Source of the DNA: Verrucomicrobiia bacterium
Lineage (GTDB): Bacteria > Verrucomicrobiota > Verrucomicrobiia > Limisphaerales > UBA1319
Direction: 5' to 3'
Length of the DNA: 64,000 bases
Assembly: GCA_963664225.1 (NCBI GenBank)
Contig: OY760937.1
Coordinates: forward strand, 5,216,001 to 5,280,000
Positions 8,901-17,900 of this stretch are shown in pieces. The notes under the pieces were generated by a model. It was not told the DNA's origin. It saw only the letters and a program-made list of their open reading frames with translations, and searched no databases. The position numbers were made by a program, and so were the translations under genes. Positions within the stretch are counted from its first letter, which is position 1; each line of letters opens with the position of its first letter.

Positions 8901-10896
8901 TCAGGATGCGCTGGGCCGTGTGACCCGGTATGAATGGTGCGGGTGCGGCGGCCTGGAATCCATCATCGACGCGATGGGCCACACGACTACCTGGACCCGC
9001 GACATGCAAGGTCGTGTGGTCGCAAAGATTATTCCGGGCGGGTCACAAGTTCTTTATGATTATGAGCCCGGGAGTGGAAACTTGAAGTCGATTCGAGATG
9101 AGCAGGGCCAGATCAAGGTGTTCCGCTATAATATCGACAACACGCTCCGCGAAAAGAGTTATCTCAACGCGGTCATAAAGACCCCAACAGTCAGTTTTAC
9201 ATACGATGCTGATTACCGGCGCGTGCGGAGCATGCAAGATGGAAATGGTCTGACAACCTATGGTTATTATCCGATTACCAGCGCTGCCTCCCTCGGGGCC
9301 GGGCGCCTCGCAACGATTGATGGACCATGGGCCAACGACACGGTCAGCTTTAGTTACGACGAGGTTGGCCGAGTCTCCAACCGCGCAATTAATGGCGTGG
9401 CTGTCCAGCGGGCTTATGATGTGGCCGGCCGGTTGAAGCAAATGACCAACGCACTCGGTGTTTTCACTTTTGCGTGGGAGGGTGGCAGCAAGCGGCTTTC
9501 TTCCGTGCAATATCCGAATGGCCAGCGCACGGATTACGCATTTTATGGAAACGTTCAAGATCAGCTTCTGCAACGCATTACCCATCGACTTGCGAACGAT
9601 GCCATGCTTTCCGAATTCACTTACGCCTATAACACCGTAGGGCAGATCACCAACTGGACCCAGCTCCAGGGAGGCACACTCAAATCTTGGGCGCCCGCCT
9701 ACGATGCGGCGGACCGTTTGCTCGGCGTGGCGGTATCCGAGGGAGGGATACCGGTCCAGTCGTTCGATTACATATACGATGACGCAGATAACCGAACGAG
9801 TGAGCAGACCAATGGATTTCAGCGCCTTTTCTATCACAATGCCCTTAACCAACTCACTGGTATCACCGACAACGCCCTTCCCACGACGACTTACCAATGG
9901 GATGCGGCACATCGCCTCGTGGCGATCAGCAACGGCACACACCGGACTGAACTCAGCTATGACGGATTGGACCGCCGCACCGGCATCGTCGAGAGAGACA
10001 ACGGCGCCGTGGTCAAGGAACGACGCTATCTGTGGGATGGTCTTCAGTTATGCGAGGAACGAGATGCAATTGGCGGTGCCACCCTGACAAGTTATTCCAG
10101 CTTTGGAGTCGCCAGTTCTGCGGGTTCCGACCTGCCGGTTGGTAATTATTGTTTCACGCGCGACCATTTGGCCTCGGTCAGGGAAATGTGTGACCATTCC
10201 GGGAATGTCCGTGCCCAATTTGAATATAGTCCTTACGGCAACCAGCAGAGGTTGGGCGGCGACCTCGAACCAGGGTTTGGCTTCACCGGGCATCCGCTTC
10301 ACGTGCAAAGTTCATTACACCTGGCGCTATTTCGCGCCTATGATGCCAGGCTCGCACGATGGGTCAGCCGGGATCCTGCTGGGGAAGCGCAAGGCCAGAA
10401 TCTTTATGCCTATGTGAGAAATAACCCCATGAACTTCACTGATCCCACCGGGCTTAAAGGAAGAGGATGGACAATAGACCTGCAAAAAGATTTGGTAAAT
10501 TATTTGCAGGCAAATCTTCCCGGAGATACAGACGGGATTCGTCGGCAGCGAACTATACTAAAGGGAATGCAGGAGGACGCCGCGAGAATAGCCTACATGC
10601 GGAGTCATCCCGATCCGAGAGATGGGCAAGCACTGAGGGACCTTATGGCGAGAGATGACACGAAACCGAATCCAGCCATCAATCCCAACGAGCTCGTTTG
10701 TAGAGAAGGTCCTATTCCCAGTGACCTGAGGCGGGCCGTTACACGCACTCAATGGGAACAAGATTGGCACAACATCTATGAAGGACTTCGCCTTTCGTTT
10801 GGAGCTTCTGAAAGGTGGGAAGTTTCTGAAGAATATTTAAGTGCTGACCAGAGGGGCACTGAAGTTTACCGCTATGCTGATGCCTATTGGTACTGA
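5965..10896 (+). CDS. RHS/YD-repeat protein with N-terminal signal, TPR-like region and C39-like cysteine peptidase domain; variable C-terminal domain
   Basis: CGPMAL/GHF/EDP putative triad; many YD repeats; RHS core FGFTGH...RAYDARLARWVSRDP...NLYAYVRNNPMNFTDPTG. Confidence 0.92.
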   Translation: MQIKEQGCVRGFPVAAILALVQMTCASDLASNISGAEPAIASAVQVDLSPSMRVSQSRVFDVPLVPTHPPTDAESLVLIDSLEKFRQRKIRDDFSGLREFLDNHPDSAWSLALETQLGGEYYRVARYSRAIQAWQHAWQSGKANSGEAASLLTTRAGSELAMMYASLGRIPELRAILAEIDNGPPHGLISRSLRGARDGLWTMENRPEVAFRCGPMALDRICAATDRSKAGSQLIQDSRSTTSGFSARQVASLSHQLGMDYQVAFRSPGAEIILPAVVHWKVGHFAALTARDGSLLRSEDPTFPNKTWFSNDALDEEGSGYFLVRPGPLPSGWRAVPDAEADQVWGKGPTNLSYRDASTQWDLMAHSPCRSSGMATWNIHLLLASQHVEDTPLGYAPPLGPPIYFTVSYNSADAQGLEGVTYSNIAPDWRINWLEYVSDDPMNPAGDVRFAANGGGALTFTDFNSTNRTFQNLFRNRAELVRTSTNSYELRYPDGSKKIFDLPDGSAGTLRRIFMTAMVDPTGNAATIQFEYPGKITSITDAIGQKTRLYYEFGFTNYTYIPNGTTLTNVSTNTYLVTRVVDPFGRTATFQAFAGGANATFVHLTNIIDAIGLNSSFIETANQNVGWWISDLTTPYGTTRFAADSYIHGTRANWMEITNPDGTKERVEFNDAAGSGGASGILTSDPLAVVPKGVPVRNLFLMARDSYYWDRKAYAESFSQNYQGYTHARVYHFTHGSDYSTASPILESYKAPFENRVWFNYDGQLNPTFVGTSDQPTKISRVLDDGTTQIYQTEYNSLNNPTRTIDPMGRTLSFLYDSNQIDLKEVRQTRASQNELLFAATYNSQHLPLSATDAARQTTVFTYNSRGQMLTVTNPRGEQDVLKYDATGYLIAIDGPLPGTNDTTRFTYDAVGRLQTATDLDGYTLRFNYDDLDRLTQITYPDGTHESTVYKLLDPELLTDRAGRETRLTFDSLRQLTAVQDALGRVTRYEWCGCGGLESIIDAMGHTTTWTRDMQGRVVAKIIPGGSQVLYDYEPGSGNLKSIRDEQGQIKVFRYNIDNTLREKSYLNAVIKTPTVSFTYDADYRRVRSMQDGNGLTTYGYYPITSAASLGAGRLATIDGPWANDTVSFSYDEVGRVSNRAINGVAVQRAYDVAGRLKQMTNALGVFTFAWEGGSKRLSSVQYPNGQRTDYAFYGNVQDQLLQRITHRLANDAMLSEFTYAYNTVGQITNWTQLQGGTLKSWAPAYDAADRLLGVAVSEGGIPVQSFDYIYDDADNRTSEQTNGFQRLFYHNALNQLTGITDNALPTTTYQWDAAHRLVAISNGTHRTELSYDGLDRRTGIVERDNGAVVKERRYLWDGLQLCEERDAIGGATLTSYSSFGVASSAGSDLPVGNYCFTRDHLASVREMCDHSGNVRAQFEYSPYGNQQRLGGDLEPGFGFTGHPLHVQSSLHLALFRAYDARLARWVSRDPAGEAQGQNLYAYVRNNPMNFTDPTGLKGRGWTIDLQKDLVNYLQANLPGDTDGIRRQRTILKGMQEDAARIAYMRSHPDPRDGQALRDLMARDDTKPNPAINPNELVCREGPIPSDLRRAVTRTQWEQDWHNIYEGLRLSFGASERWEVSEEYLSADQRGTEVYRYADAYWY

Positions 10897-10947
10897 GACG
10901 GTTATCCGAACCGCAGTTACGAAGACACTTTCACCGCCAAACCACCC

Positions 10948-13839
10948 GTGAAGCACGTTCCCACGTCATTGCCCGACATTATTTGTCTTTTGCGCTTGAT
11001 GCTTTTGCTTTGCCAATGCGTTGTGCCGTCGAAGGCTCTATGCCAGCTGACGCAGTTGAAGTACGAGCCGTCTGGAAGCCTTGCATCTATCGCACCAACT
11101 GTTGGGACCGGGCCGATAATGATCGGCCAACCGCAATCCGGAGTCGCTGCCATTGGCGATAAGGTCTCCTGGTCCGTTATCAGCACCGGTTCGCTGCCTC
11201 TCTCCTATCAATGGCAGGTAAACAGCAACAACATTCCAGGCGCGACCGCGGATACGCTGTTGATCCTTGCCGTGGCCCCCGCCGATTTCGGAGCCTATCG
11301 TGTCATCGTCAGCAACGCCTTTGGTTCCGTCACCAGCAGCAACGCACTCTTGCAGTTGGATTCTGACGGCGATAGCCTGGCCGATTCATGGGAGATCACC
11401 TATTTCGGCAATATCACAAACTACACCGGCCTCGACGATTATGATCAGGATCACATCTCCAACCTTGCCGAATTCCACGAAGGAACTGCGCCAAAGTCTT
11501 CTAGTTCGGCAAATCCACGACTAACGATCATCAGCGATCGCGGACAGGTCTTTGTCACCCCGAATCTGCCATTCTATACCAATGGCCAAACCGTTACGCT
11601 CCTGGCCTTACCCGACCCAGGACAGGAATTCCTTGGATATCTCGGGGCGGGGATATTCAGTTCCACCTACAATATTAAAACAAATCCCGCTTCGCTGAAA
11701 ATGACCGACAGCCAGACGGTTCGCGTCATATTCGGACTTTCGATCACGAATTCGCTGGATGTCACCAACGGCTGGCGAATCGATCAGGCCGGCTGGTACG
11801 GCCAGACCAATGTCACGCATGACGGTGTGGCCGCCGTCCAGAGCGCCCGAACCTTTTCTTCAAGTGAGCAAGCGGTACTGGAGTTAACCAACGTCATGAG
11901 CGGCGAAGGAACCATCACCTTTTGGTGGAAAGTAGATGGCACACCAAGAGATAGTCTGTTCTTCTGGCTCAACAACTCCTTGCGATCCGGCCAGATCAGC
12001 TCCAACACGGACTGGCAACTGGCGACCTATTACCTCCCCGCCGGCACAAACAGGATTCGCTGGATATACGCCAAGGGAGGCAACGAAGTCTCGGAATATA
12101 ATGGCCTTCTCTATGCGCCAGTCGATGCCGGATGGGTGGATGAGGTAAAGTTTCAAGTATGGAGCAATCCTTTGCTGGATACCGACCGGGATGGCCTGCC
12201 GGATCTTTGGGAGTTAAAGTACTTTGACAGTCTTGCCGCCAGGCCCGGCGACGATCCCGACGGCGACGGCATTTCCAACCTTGATGAGTATATCGATCAT
12301 ACCGATCCCACGATCAACAGCTCATCGCTGCCCCGCCTGACTGTTACCGCAAGCGGAGGCGCCATCGTGCGCAACCCCGATTTGGCGAAGTATCCTTACA
12401 ATCAGAAAGTCGGTCTAGTTGCCGTACCGGATCCTGACAATTATTTCGTCATATGGGGTGGGGCCGTCACCGGGACGAATATCACAAATAGTTTGAACAT
12501 GTCCCGGAATCAGTCTGTCACGGCAGTCTTTGGCTCGCTACTAGCCGCTGCGCTGGAAACGCCATCGCTGGCCTGGGTGCGCGGAGGAATAATCGGCTGG
12601 TATGGTCAAACGAACGTCACGCACGACAGGGTGGATGCCGCCCAGAGCGGACCGGTCGGTTCCCAGCAGGAAAGCTCGATGCAAACAACGGTCGATGGCC
12701 CGGGAGCACTGACTTTCTGGTGGAAGGTTTCCTCCAGAACAAACTCCGACCTGGCCAGATTCCTGGTCGATGGTGTGGAGCAGCCTGAAAAGATATCCGG
12801 CGAGTTGGATTGGAATCCGCAGGTTTATTATCTCGCGCCCGGAAACCACACGCTGCGCTGGTCGTTCACAAACTCTACCGGAGTCTTCACGTTGACGAAT
12901 GGATGCGCGTGGGTGGATGAGGTTAAATTCACCACCGGGTCGTTCGCGCCGGAGATACTGCAGCAGCCCGGGGATTTGTCCGTGCTTCAAGGCGCCAGCA
13001 TCACGCTCAAAACGGTTGCGGCTGGAAGCCCCGCGCCAACTTATCAATGGTATTTGAACGGGATCAGTCTGGGCGACGCCGGCACTAATGCCACCCTCTC
13101 GCTTGGTAACGCCATCCCTGCACAGTCCGGCATCTACTACGCAGAAGTCCGCAATGCCATCCAAACGAACGCTTCGACGGCCTTCACTTTGACGGTTCTT
13201 CCGGTGCCGCCGGCCAACGACAATTATGAGGATCGAAGCGTTCTCTCCGGTACCACCGAATCGAGTGGCTACGATTTTGGAGCGACCATGGAACCGAATG
13301 AACCCAATCACAACAATCAATACCCCCGCTCCTCGGTATGGTGGAAATGGATGTCCCCGGCAACCGTCCAGTATCGGCTTGTCGCCCGAAGCAGAGGAAT
13401 CATCTCCACGCTTGTCGCCGGTGTTTACACAGGAACCGCCGTTGACAATCTAACGTCGATCGCGAGCTCTTCCCAAAATGCCTCAACGACCAACGGCGAG
13501 TCACTTGCGACGGTCCAACTTCCATTTTCCGCCATCGCCGGAACTGAGTATGCCATCGCACTGGGCCACACTTTTGGGCCTGCGGGTTATTTAAACCTCC
13601 AAATGGAAATCGCATTCCAAGGGCCTTTGCTGGGCAATCCTGGATTTAACTCCAGCGGACAGTTCGCTTTCTCATTTATCGTATCGCCAGACGCCAGCTA
13701 CGCAATCGATACGTCCACGAACTTGATCAACTGGTCCCTTGTCGCCACTGGCACTTCGACTGTGGATGGAACAGTCAACTACGTAGAACCTCCAGTTCAA
13801 CGCGGGACATTGAGAATTTATCGCGTGCGATTGCCGTAA
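10948..13839 (+). CDS. exported multi-domain surface protein (Ig-like, TSP3-like Ca-binding, InlB B-repeat-like, duplicated 'FWWKV' domain, C-terminal 'STNLxxW...RIYR' motif)
   Basis: Signal peptide; PLSYQWQ...GAYRVIVSNAFGSVTS Ig; DSDGDSLADSWE and DTDRDGLPDLWE repeats; internal duplication; PPANDNY module. Confidence 0.88.
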   Translation: MKHVPTSLPDIICLLRLMLLLCQCVVPSKALCQLTQLKYEPSGSLASIAPTVGTGPIMIGQPQSGVAAIGDKVSWSVISTGSLPLSYQWQVNSNNIPGATADTLLILAVAPADFGAYRVIVSNAFGSVTSSNALLQLDSDGDSLADSWEITYFGNITNYTGLDDYDQDHISNLAEFHEGTAPKSSSSANPRLTIISDRGQVFVTPNLPFYTNGQTVTLLALPDPGQEFLGYLGAGIFSSTYNIKTNPASLKMTDSQTVRVIFGLSITNSLDVTNGWRIDQAGWYGQTNVTHDGVAAVQSARTFSSSEQAVLELTNVMSGEGTITFWWKVDGTPRDSLFFWLNNSLRSGQISSNTDWQLATYYLPAGTNRIRWIYAKGGNEVSEYNGLLYAPVDAGWVDEVKFQVWSNPLLDTDRDGLPDLWELKYFDSLAARPGDDPDGDGISNLDEYIDHTDPTINSSSLPRLTVTASGGAIVRNPDLAKYPYNQKVGLVAVPDPDNYFVIWGGAVTGTNITNSLNMSRNQSVTAVFGSLLAAALETPSLAWVRGGIIGWYGQTNVTHDRVDAAQSGPVGSQQESSMQTTVDGPGALTFWWKVSSRTNSDLARFLVDGVEQPEKISGELDWNPQVYYLAPGNHTLRWSFTNSTGVFTLTNGCAWVDEVKFTTGSFAPEILQQPGDLSVLQGASITLKTVAAGSPAPTYQWYLNGISLGDAGTNATLSLGNAIPAQSGIYYAEVRNAIQTNASTAFTLTVLPVPPANDNYEDRSVLSGTTESSGYDFGATMEPNEPNHNNQYPRSSVWWKWMSPATVQYRLVARSRGIISTLVAGVYTGTAVDNLTSIASSSQNASTTNGESLATVQLPFSAIAGTEYAIALGHTFGPAGYLNLQMEIAFQGPLLGNPGFNSSGQFAFSFIVSPDASYAIDTSTNLINWSLVATGTSTVDGTVNYVEPPVQRGTLRIYRVRLP

Positions 13840-14192
13840 AGATCTGGCACACCAGCAATGTCATGCGCGTTCACCATGTTATCCCATTTCGCAGGAAATC
13901 AAATCCAATGTAACGACCTCAACCCAAACTCCAAGTGAAGACATTTGGTGACACAGACCGGAGAATATTGGCTGCCTTAGTTACTTCAGTAAACTTGAAA
14001 CGCTATGCTGTCAGCTCAAATCGGGCAATACACTTATCGGGTATGTGAACACGGCCTGGTCAATGAATGCTTGCAGCGGTGGTGCACCATTAATTTGTTC
14101 GAATATATACTAACATAGTATTATTTGCATTATTCAGCGGTTGTGCAATTGTTGCTGCGTGAGAGGGTGCTAAATAGCGGACGGAGCCCGTT

Positions 14193-14933
14193 ATGGCTGA
14201 TACACACAAAGACTGGACAAGCGTGCAAGAGTTGCCGGTCATCAAGTGCATGGTGCCCTGCGATTGTGGTCAATGGGGTGTCATGGTTAAGCGAATGCAA
14301 TGTGTGACGCCCATAAGTGCCTGGGTAACGACGCGGTTTGTCATTCCCCTTTATTTAATCGTTGGTCTGAGTCTGGCCACGGCCCAGGGCACGGTGACGG
14401 TGCTCAACACTGGCAAAGGCCAACCCCTTGCTACGCAGGTTCGAACGGTTACGATTGACGCGTTCCAGGTCCAGCCCGAAGTGCGATTCAACTTCGGTTT
14501 TGGCACGGACGAAACCGTCACGCCCGGTACCTTCCTGGATTCCTTCACTGTCACGATCCAGGACGCCAGTCAAGTCTTCACCGCCGTTTATCTGACCGCT
14601 GACGCCAGTGGCACGGTTCTCGCGCCACCGACGCCGGGGACGCTTCCCATCGATTCCGCAACGATCGAATCTCACGCCATCGTGTATTCGAGCCTTGATC
14701 CCGTTTTTGAGTTTGAGAATGCCTTTCAGGTCGTCGCGGCGATCCCGCAGCAATTCGTCGGCGGTCAGATTAACGTTTATTTTGATCTTTTCGATAACCT
14801 CGACTCGAAGGCGTCACAAGCATGGTTCAGTGACCCCGAGGTAATGAGCGTTCCCGAGCCGCAGATATGGACGCTGCTGCTGCTGGGGCTGTGTTTGGGA
14901 TCATTCCGATTCACACATGACATCGCCTCATGA
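14193..14933 (+). CDS. PEP-CTERM protein (true start probably 14283 or 14295)
   Basis: Hydrophobic signal-like segment FVIPLYLIVGLSLATAQG; C-terminal VPEPQIWTLLLLGLCLG; overlaps the next gene by 17 nt. Confidence 0.8.
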   Translation: MADTHKDWTSVQELPVIKCMVPCDCGQWGVMVKRMQCVTPISAWVTTRFVIPLYLIVGLSLATAQGTVTVLNTGKGQPLATQVRTVTIDAFQVQPEVRFNFGFGTDETVTPGTFLDSFTVTIQDASQVFTAVYLTADASGTVLAPPTPGTLPIDSATIESHAIVYSSLDPVFEFENAFQVVAAIPQQFVGGQINVYFDLFDNLDSKASQAWFSDPEVMSVPEPQIWTLLLLGLCLGSFRFTHDIAS

Positions 14934-17900
14934 AACCCGGTGGCGGTTACGGCGTTATGTCCCACTCTTAGCCCTTGTGGGAATCAGCGCCGTCGCAGAT
15001 TCCGCAGTGGCAGACGTGAGAACGTTTTCGCTGGGTGAGGCGACGCTGAGCCTGGAGGACGTGACACCGGAGGTGGGCGTGGTCTTCACCTCCTTGCGTT
15101 TCAACCGTGCGCTCAACATTTGGAATGTGGAAGTCAGCTTGACGAACCGTTCGCCCCGTACATTCCAAGGTCCGCTGGTGCTTCTGGTGGAAAACTTTAG
15201 CGGGACCAGTGGGGCTTTGCAGCCTGATGGGGTGGATGAAGTTGCAAAGGCGTTCTACGATTTCAGTGGGACCATTCAGGATGGCGTGCTATCGCCGGGT
15301 GAGCAGTCGCTAAATCGCACGTTGTCACTCGGTTTCACCTCTGGCGCGCCCAAACTAACTCCCCGAGTCTTTGTTAAATCACCAGCCGCTCCTGTGGCGC
15401 TGGGCCTCACGCGCACTCTCAACGACGCAGGCCAGCCGCTGCCTGACGTGCAGGTGGTCGAGACCGGTCCGTTGGGGGTTGTAACAAATCGCTCCGATCC
15501 GGGCTTCGGCGTTGTGACACTCGGTCAGGCGATCGGCCGGCACATCTGGCAATTCAGTGCGCCGGGCTATCTGCCGGTGTGGCGCCAACAAACGCTCGCA
15601 ACCAACGAAGTGACAGTGATTCCTGATCCACGCCTGACGCGGAGTGGTTCTAATGCATTTGTGCTGACGCCGATTTCTGGAGGCCAGATTTCAAATGCGA
15701 TCGGGACGATCCAGATCATTTATCCTCCGGGCACTGTCACGCAAAATACAACGGCAGTATTAACCTCATTGACCAGCCAGACCCTGCCGGGTTTCCTGCC
15801 GATCGGATGGAGCCCTCTCCAAGCCTTTTGGCTGGAATTCGCAGGTGAACCCACGTCGGCGGGTACCGCCACGCTGACGCTTTGGGGTCCTGTTGGAAAC
15901 GGCGAAACTGCGGCCCTGGCACGCTGGAACCCAGTGAACCTGAGCTGGGATGTGTTGCAAGTGCTCGCCGGCAATGGCAGCACCGCGCTTACCACGAGCG
16001 TGCCTGGTAGTGGATCTTACAGTCTGGTGGTGCCCGATGCGGCCCCATTCGCCCCGCCAACTCCCCAGTTGGGTCAACCCTTGGTCGCCGCCAAGGCAAG
16101 TCTGCCAGACCTGTCGGCTTTAAAAGCCAGCGGAGTCGTTGAGCCGAACTCCAGTCCGGCCAGCCGGGTTCCCGAACTGGTCACAGGCACGGCCACTGTG
16201 GTCATCACCAATTCGAGTGGGCCGTTGCCGAGCGGACTGCTCCTGCGCGGCGAAATACAAGAGGAATACCGCCTCCGTGAAAGCAGGGCAGGTATCCCGC
16301 CAGCCGCTTTGGGCACCACTCGTCACCCGCCTCAGTATGAGAACTTCATGGTTGGCTATCAACGGCCCGGTGATGGCAACGACTCCACCTTGCATGCGAC
16401 CTTCCCTCTGCGCCCACTGCTGCTGTTTGGTGCGGAAGAACTCGATCAAGCCACAGTGACCGTGGACGTGCTAACACCAACGCCATTTGCCGGCAGTGTG
16501 CTCGACACCAATGGCGGGTTGATCACCAGTGAAGGCATCCGGGTATTGGGTGGGGTGGGGGATCTTAATGGCAACCAGGCTGCGCAACTGCGGCGGCTCG
16601 ATGCGACGAACTTCACCGATTTCTCCACCAACGGGATAAGCATCACGGCCGCGTTTGAACTTGCCATTGGGGGGGTTGCCTCGGGGAGGCATCTCGTGGC
16701 GCAATGCGATGACCTTCCGACCAACGGCGTTTTCGTGCTCGCCCGCGTTCTTTACGACCAGGGGCTCTACGGACTCCGGCCTGTGGAACGATTGCGCTCC
16801 GACAGCAAGGGTCGCCTGGTGGGCGCGGAACCGGTGGTGGGCGAGCGCCTCGGTGGGTTGGTCAGCGCCGGACAATACTTGCTTTTGCGACTCAACGCAC
16901 CGCAAGGTTTGGTAACTGGCATTGCCCATAATTCCAACGGCCAACCGACCGCTGGGCTGCCCGTCCAAATCACCGGCCAGCCCTGGCTGGCATTTTCGGA
17001 AGCGAATGGCGCGTTCCGTCTGCTCGCACCCACCGGAGCGGTCCAAGTCGCCGTGACCGATCTGGCCAGTGGCGATTCAGGTGCGGCCCAGATCACGGTT
17101 TCCAGCCCGCAAGCCGTCACCACGGCCAACCCCGGCACCGCGTCCATCTCGCCGCAGGTGAGCTCGATCAATCCAACCAATGGTGCGGCAGGAATTGCGA
17201 GGGTAACGTCGATTATTGTGAACTTCAGCAAACCCGTGAATCCGGCCACGCTACAGGGGGGCGGCATTCAATTGTTGAGCACAAATGGCGTGGCTGTGAT
17301 CGCCAGTCTGACTTTGAACCTCAAAAACACGATGGCGACATTGTTGCCCAGCGAACAGCTTGCGCCCAGTACTTTGCATACGCTCCTCCTGTCGACCAAC
17401 ATCACCGACCTAACAGGCCTAAAACTCGCTGGCCCAACGAGCTTCACATTCACCACTGAGAGTGACCAACTCAATCGAGTCAGTGCCCAGTTCATCATAT
17501 ATGAACCCACCAACGGTTTTGCGCCGGTCTTCGGCACGCCAGGAGCGGCGGACCCAGAATCCCCGGTCATTCTGATCAATGAGACAAGTGGCGAGACTGC
17601 GACGATCCTTTCGCGGGTGGACGGAAGTTTCACCAATATTATCGCCGCCGATGTGGAGGATTTTATAAGCGCGACGATTGTCAACAGAAACGGCACGCGG
17701 ACTACGATGCCGGCAGTCCGTCAGGTATTCCGCGACGGCAGCGTCGGTTTGTTCAATGGAGGCGGCGTGATCGCCGTCGATGGCGACCAGGGCCCCATTG
17801 AACTCCGAGTGGAGCCAGGATCCATTGCCACACGGACAGTGCTCCGAATGGCTTCGGTCCCGCTGGCGACAGTCAAGCGGGTGCTGACAGATCCGCCCGG

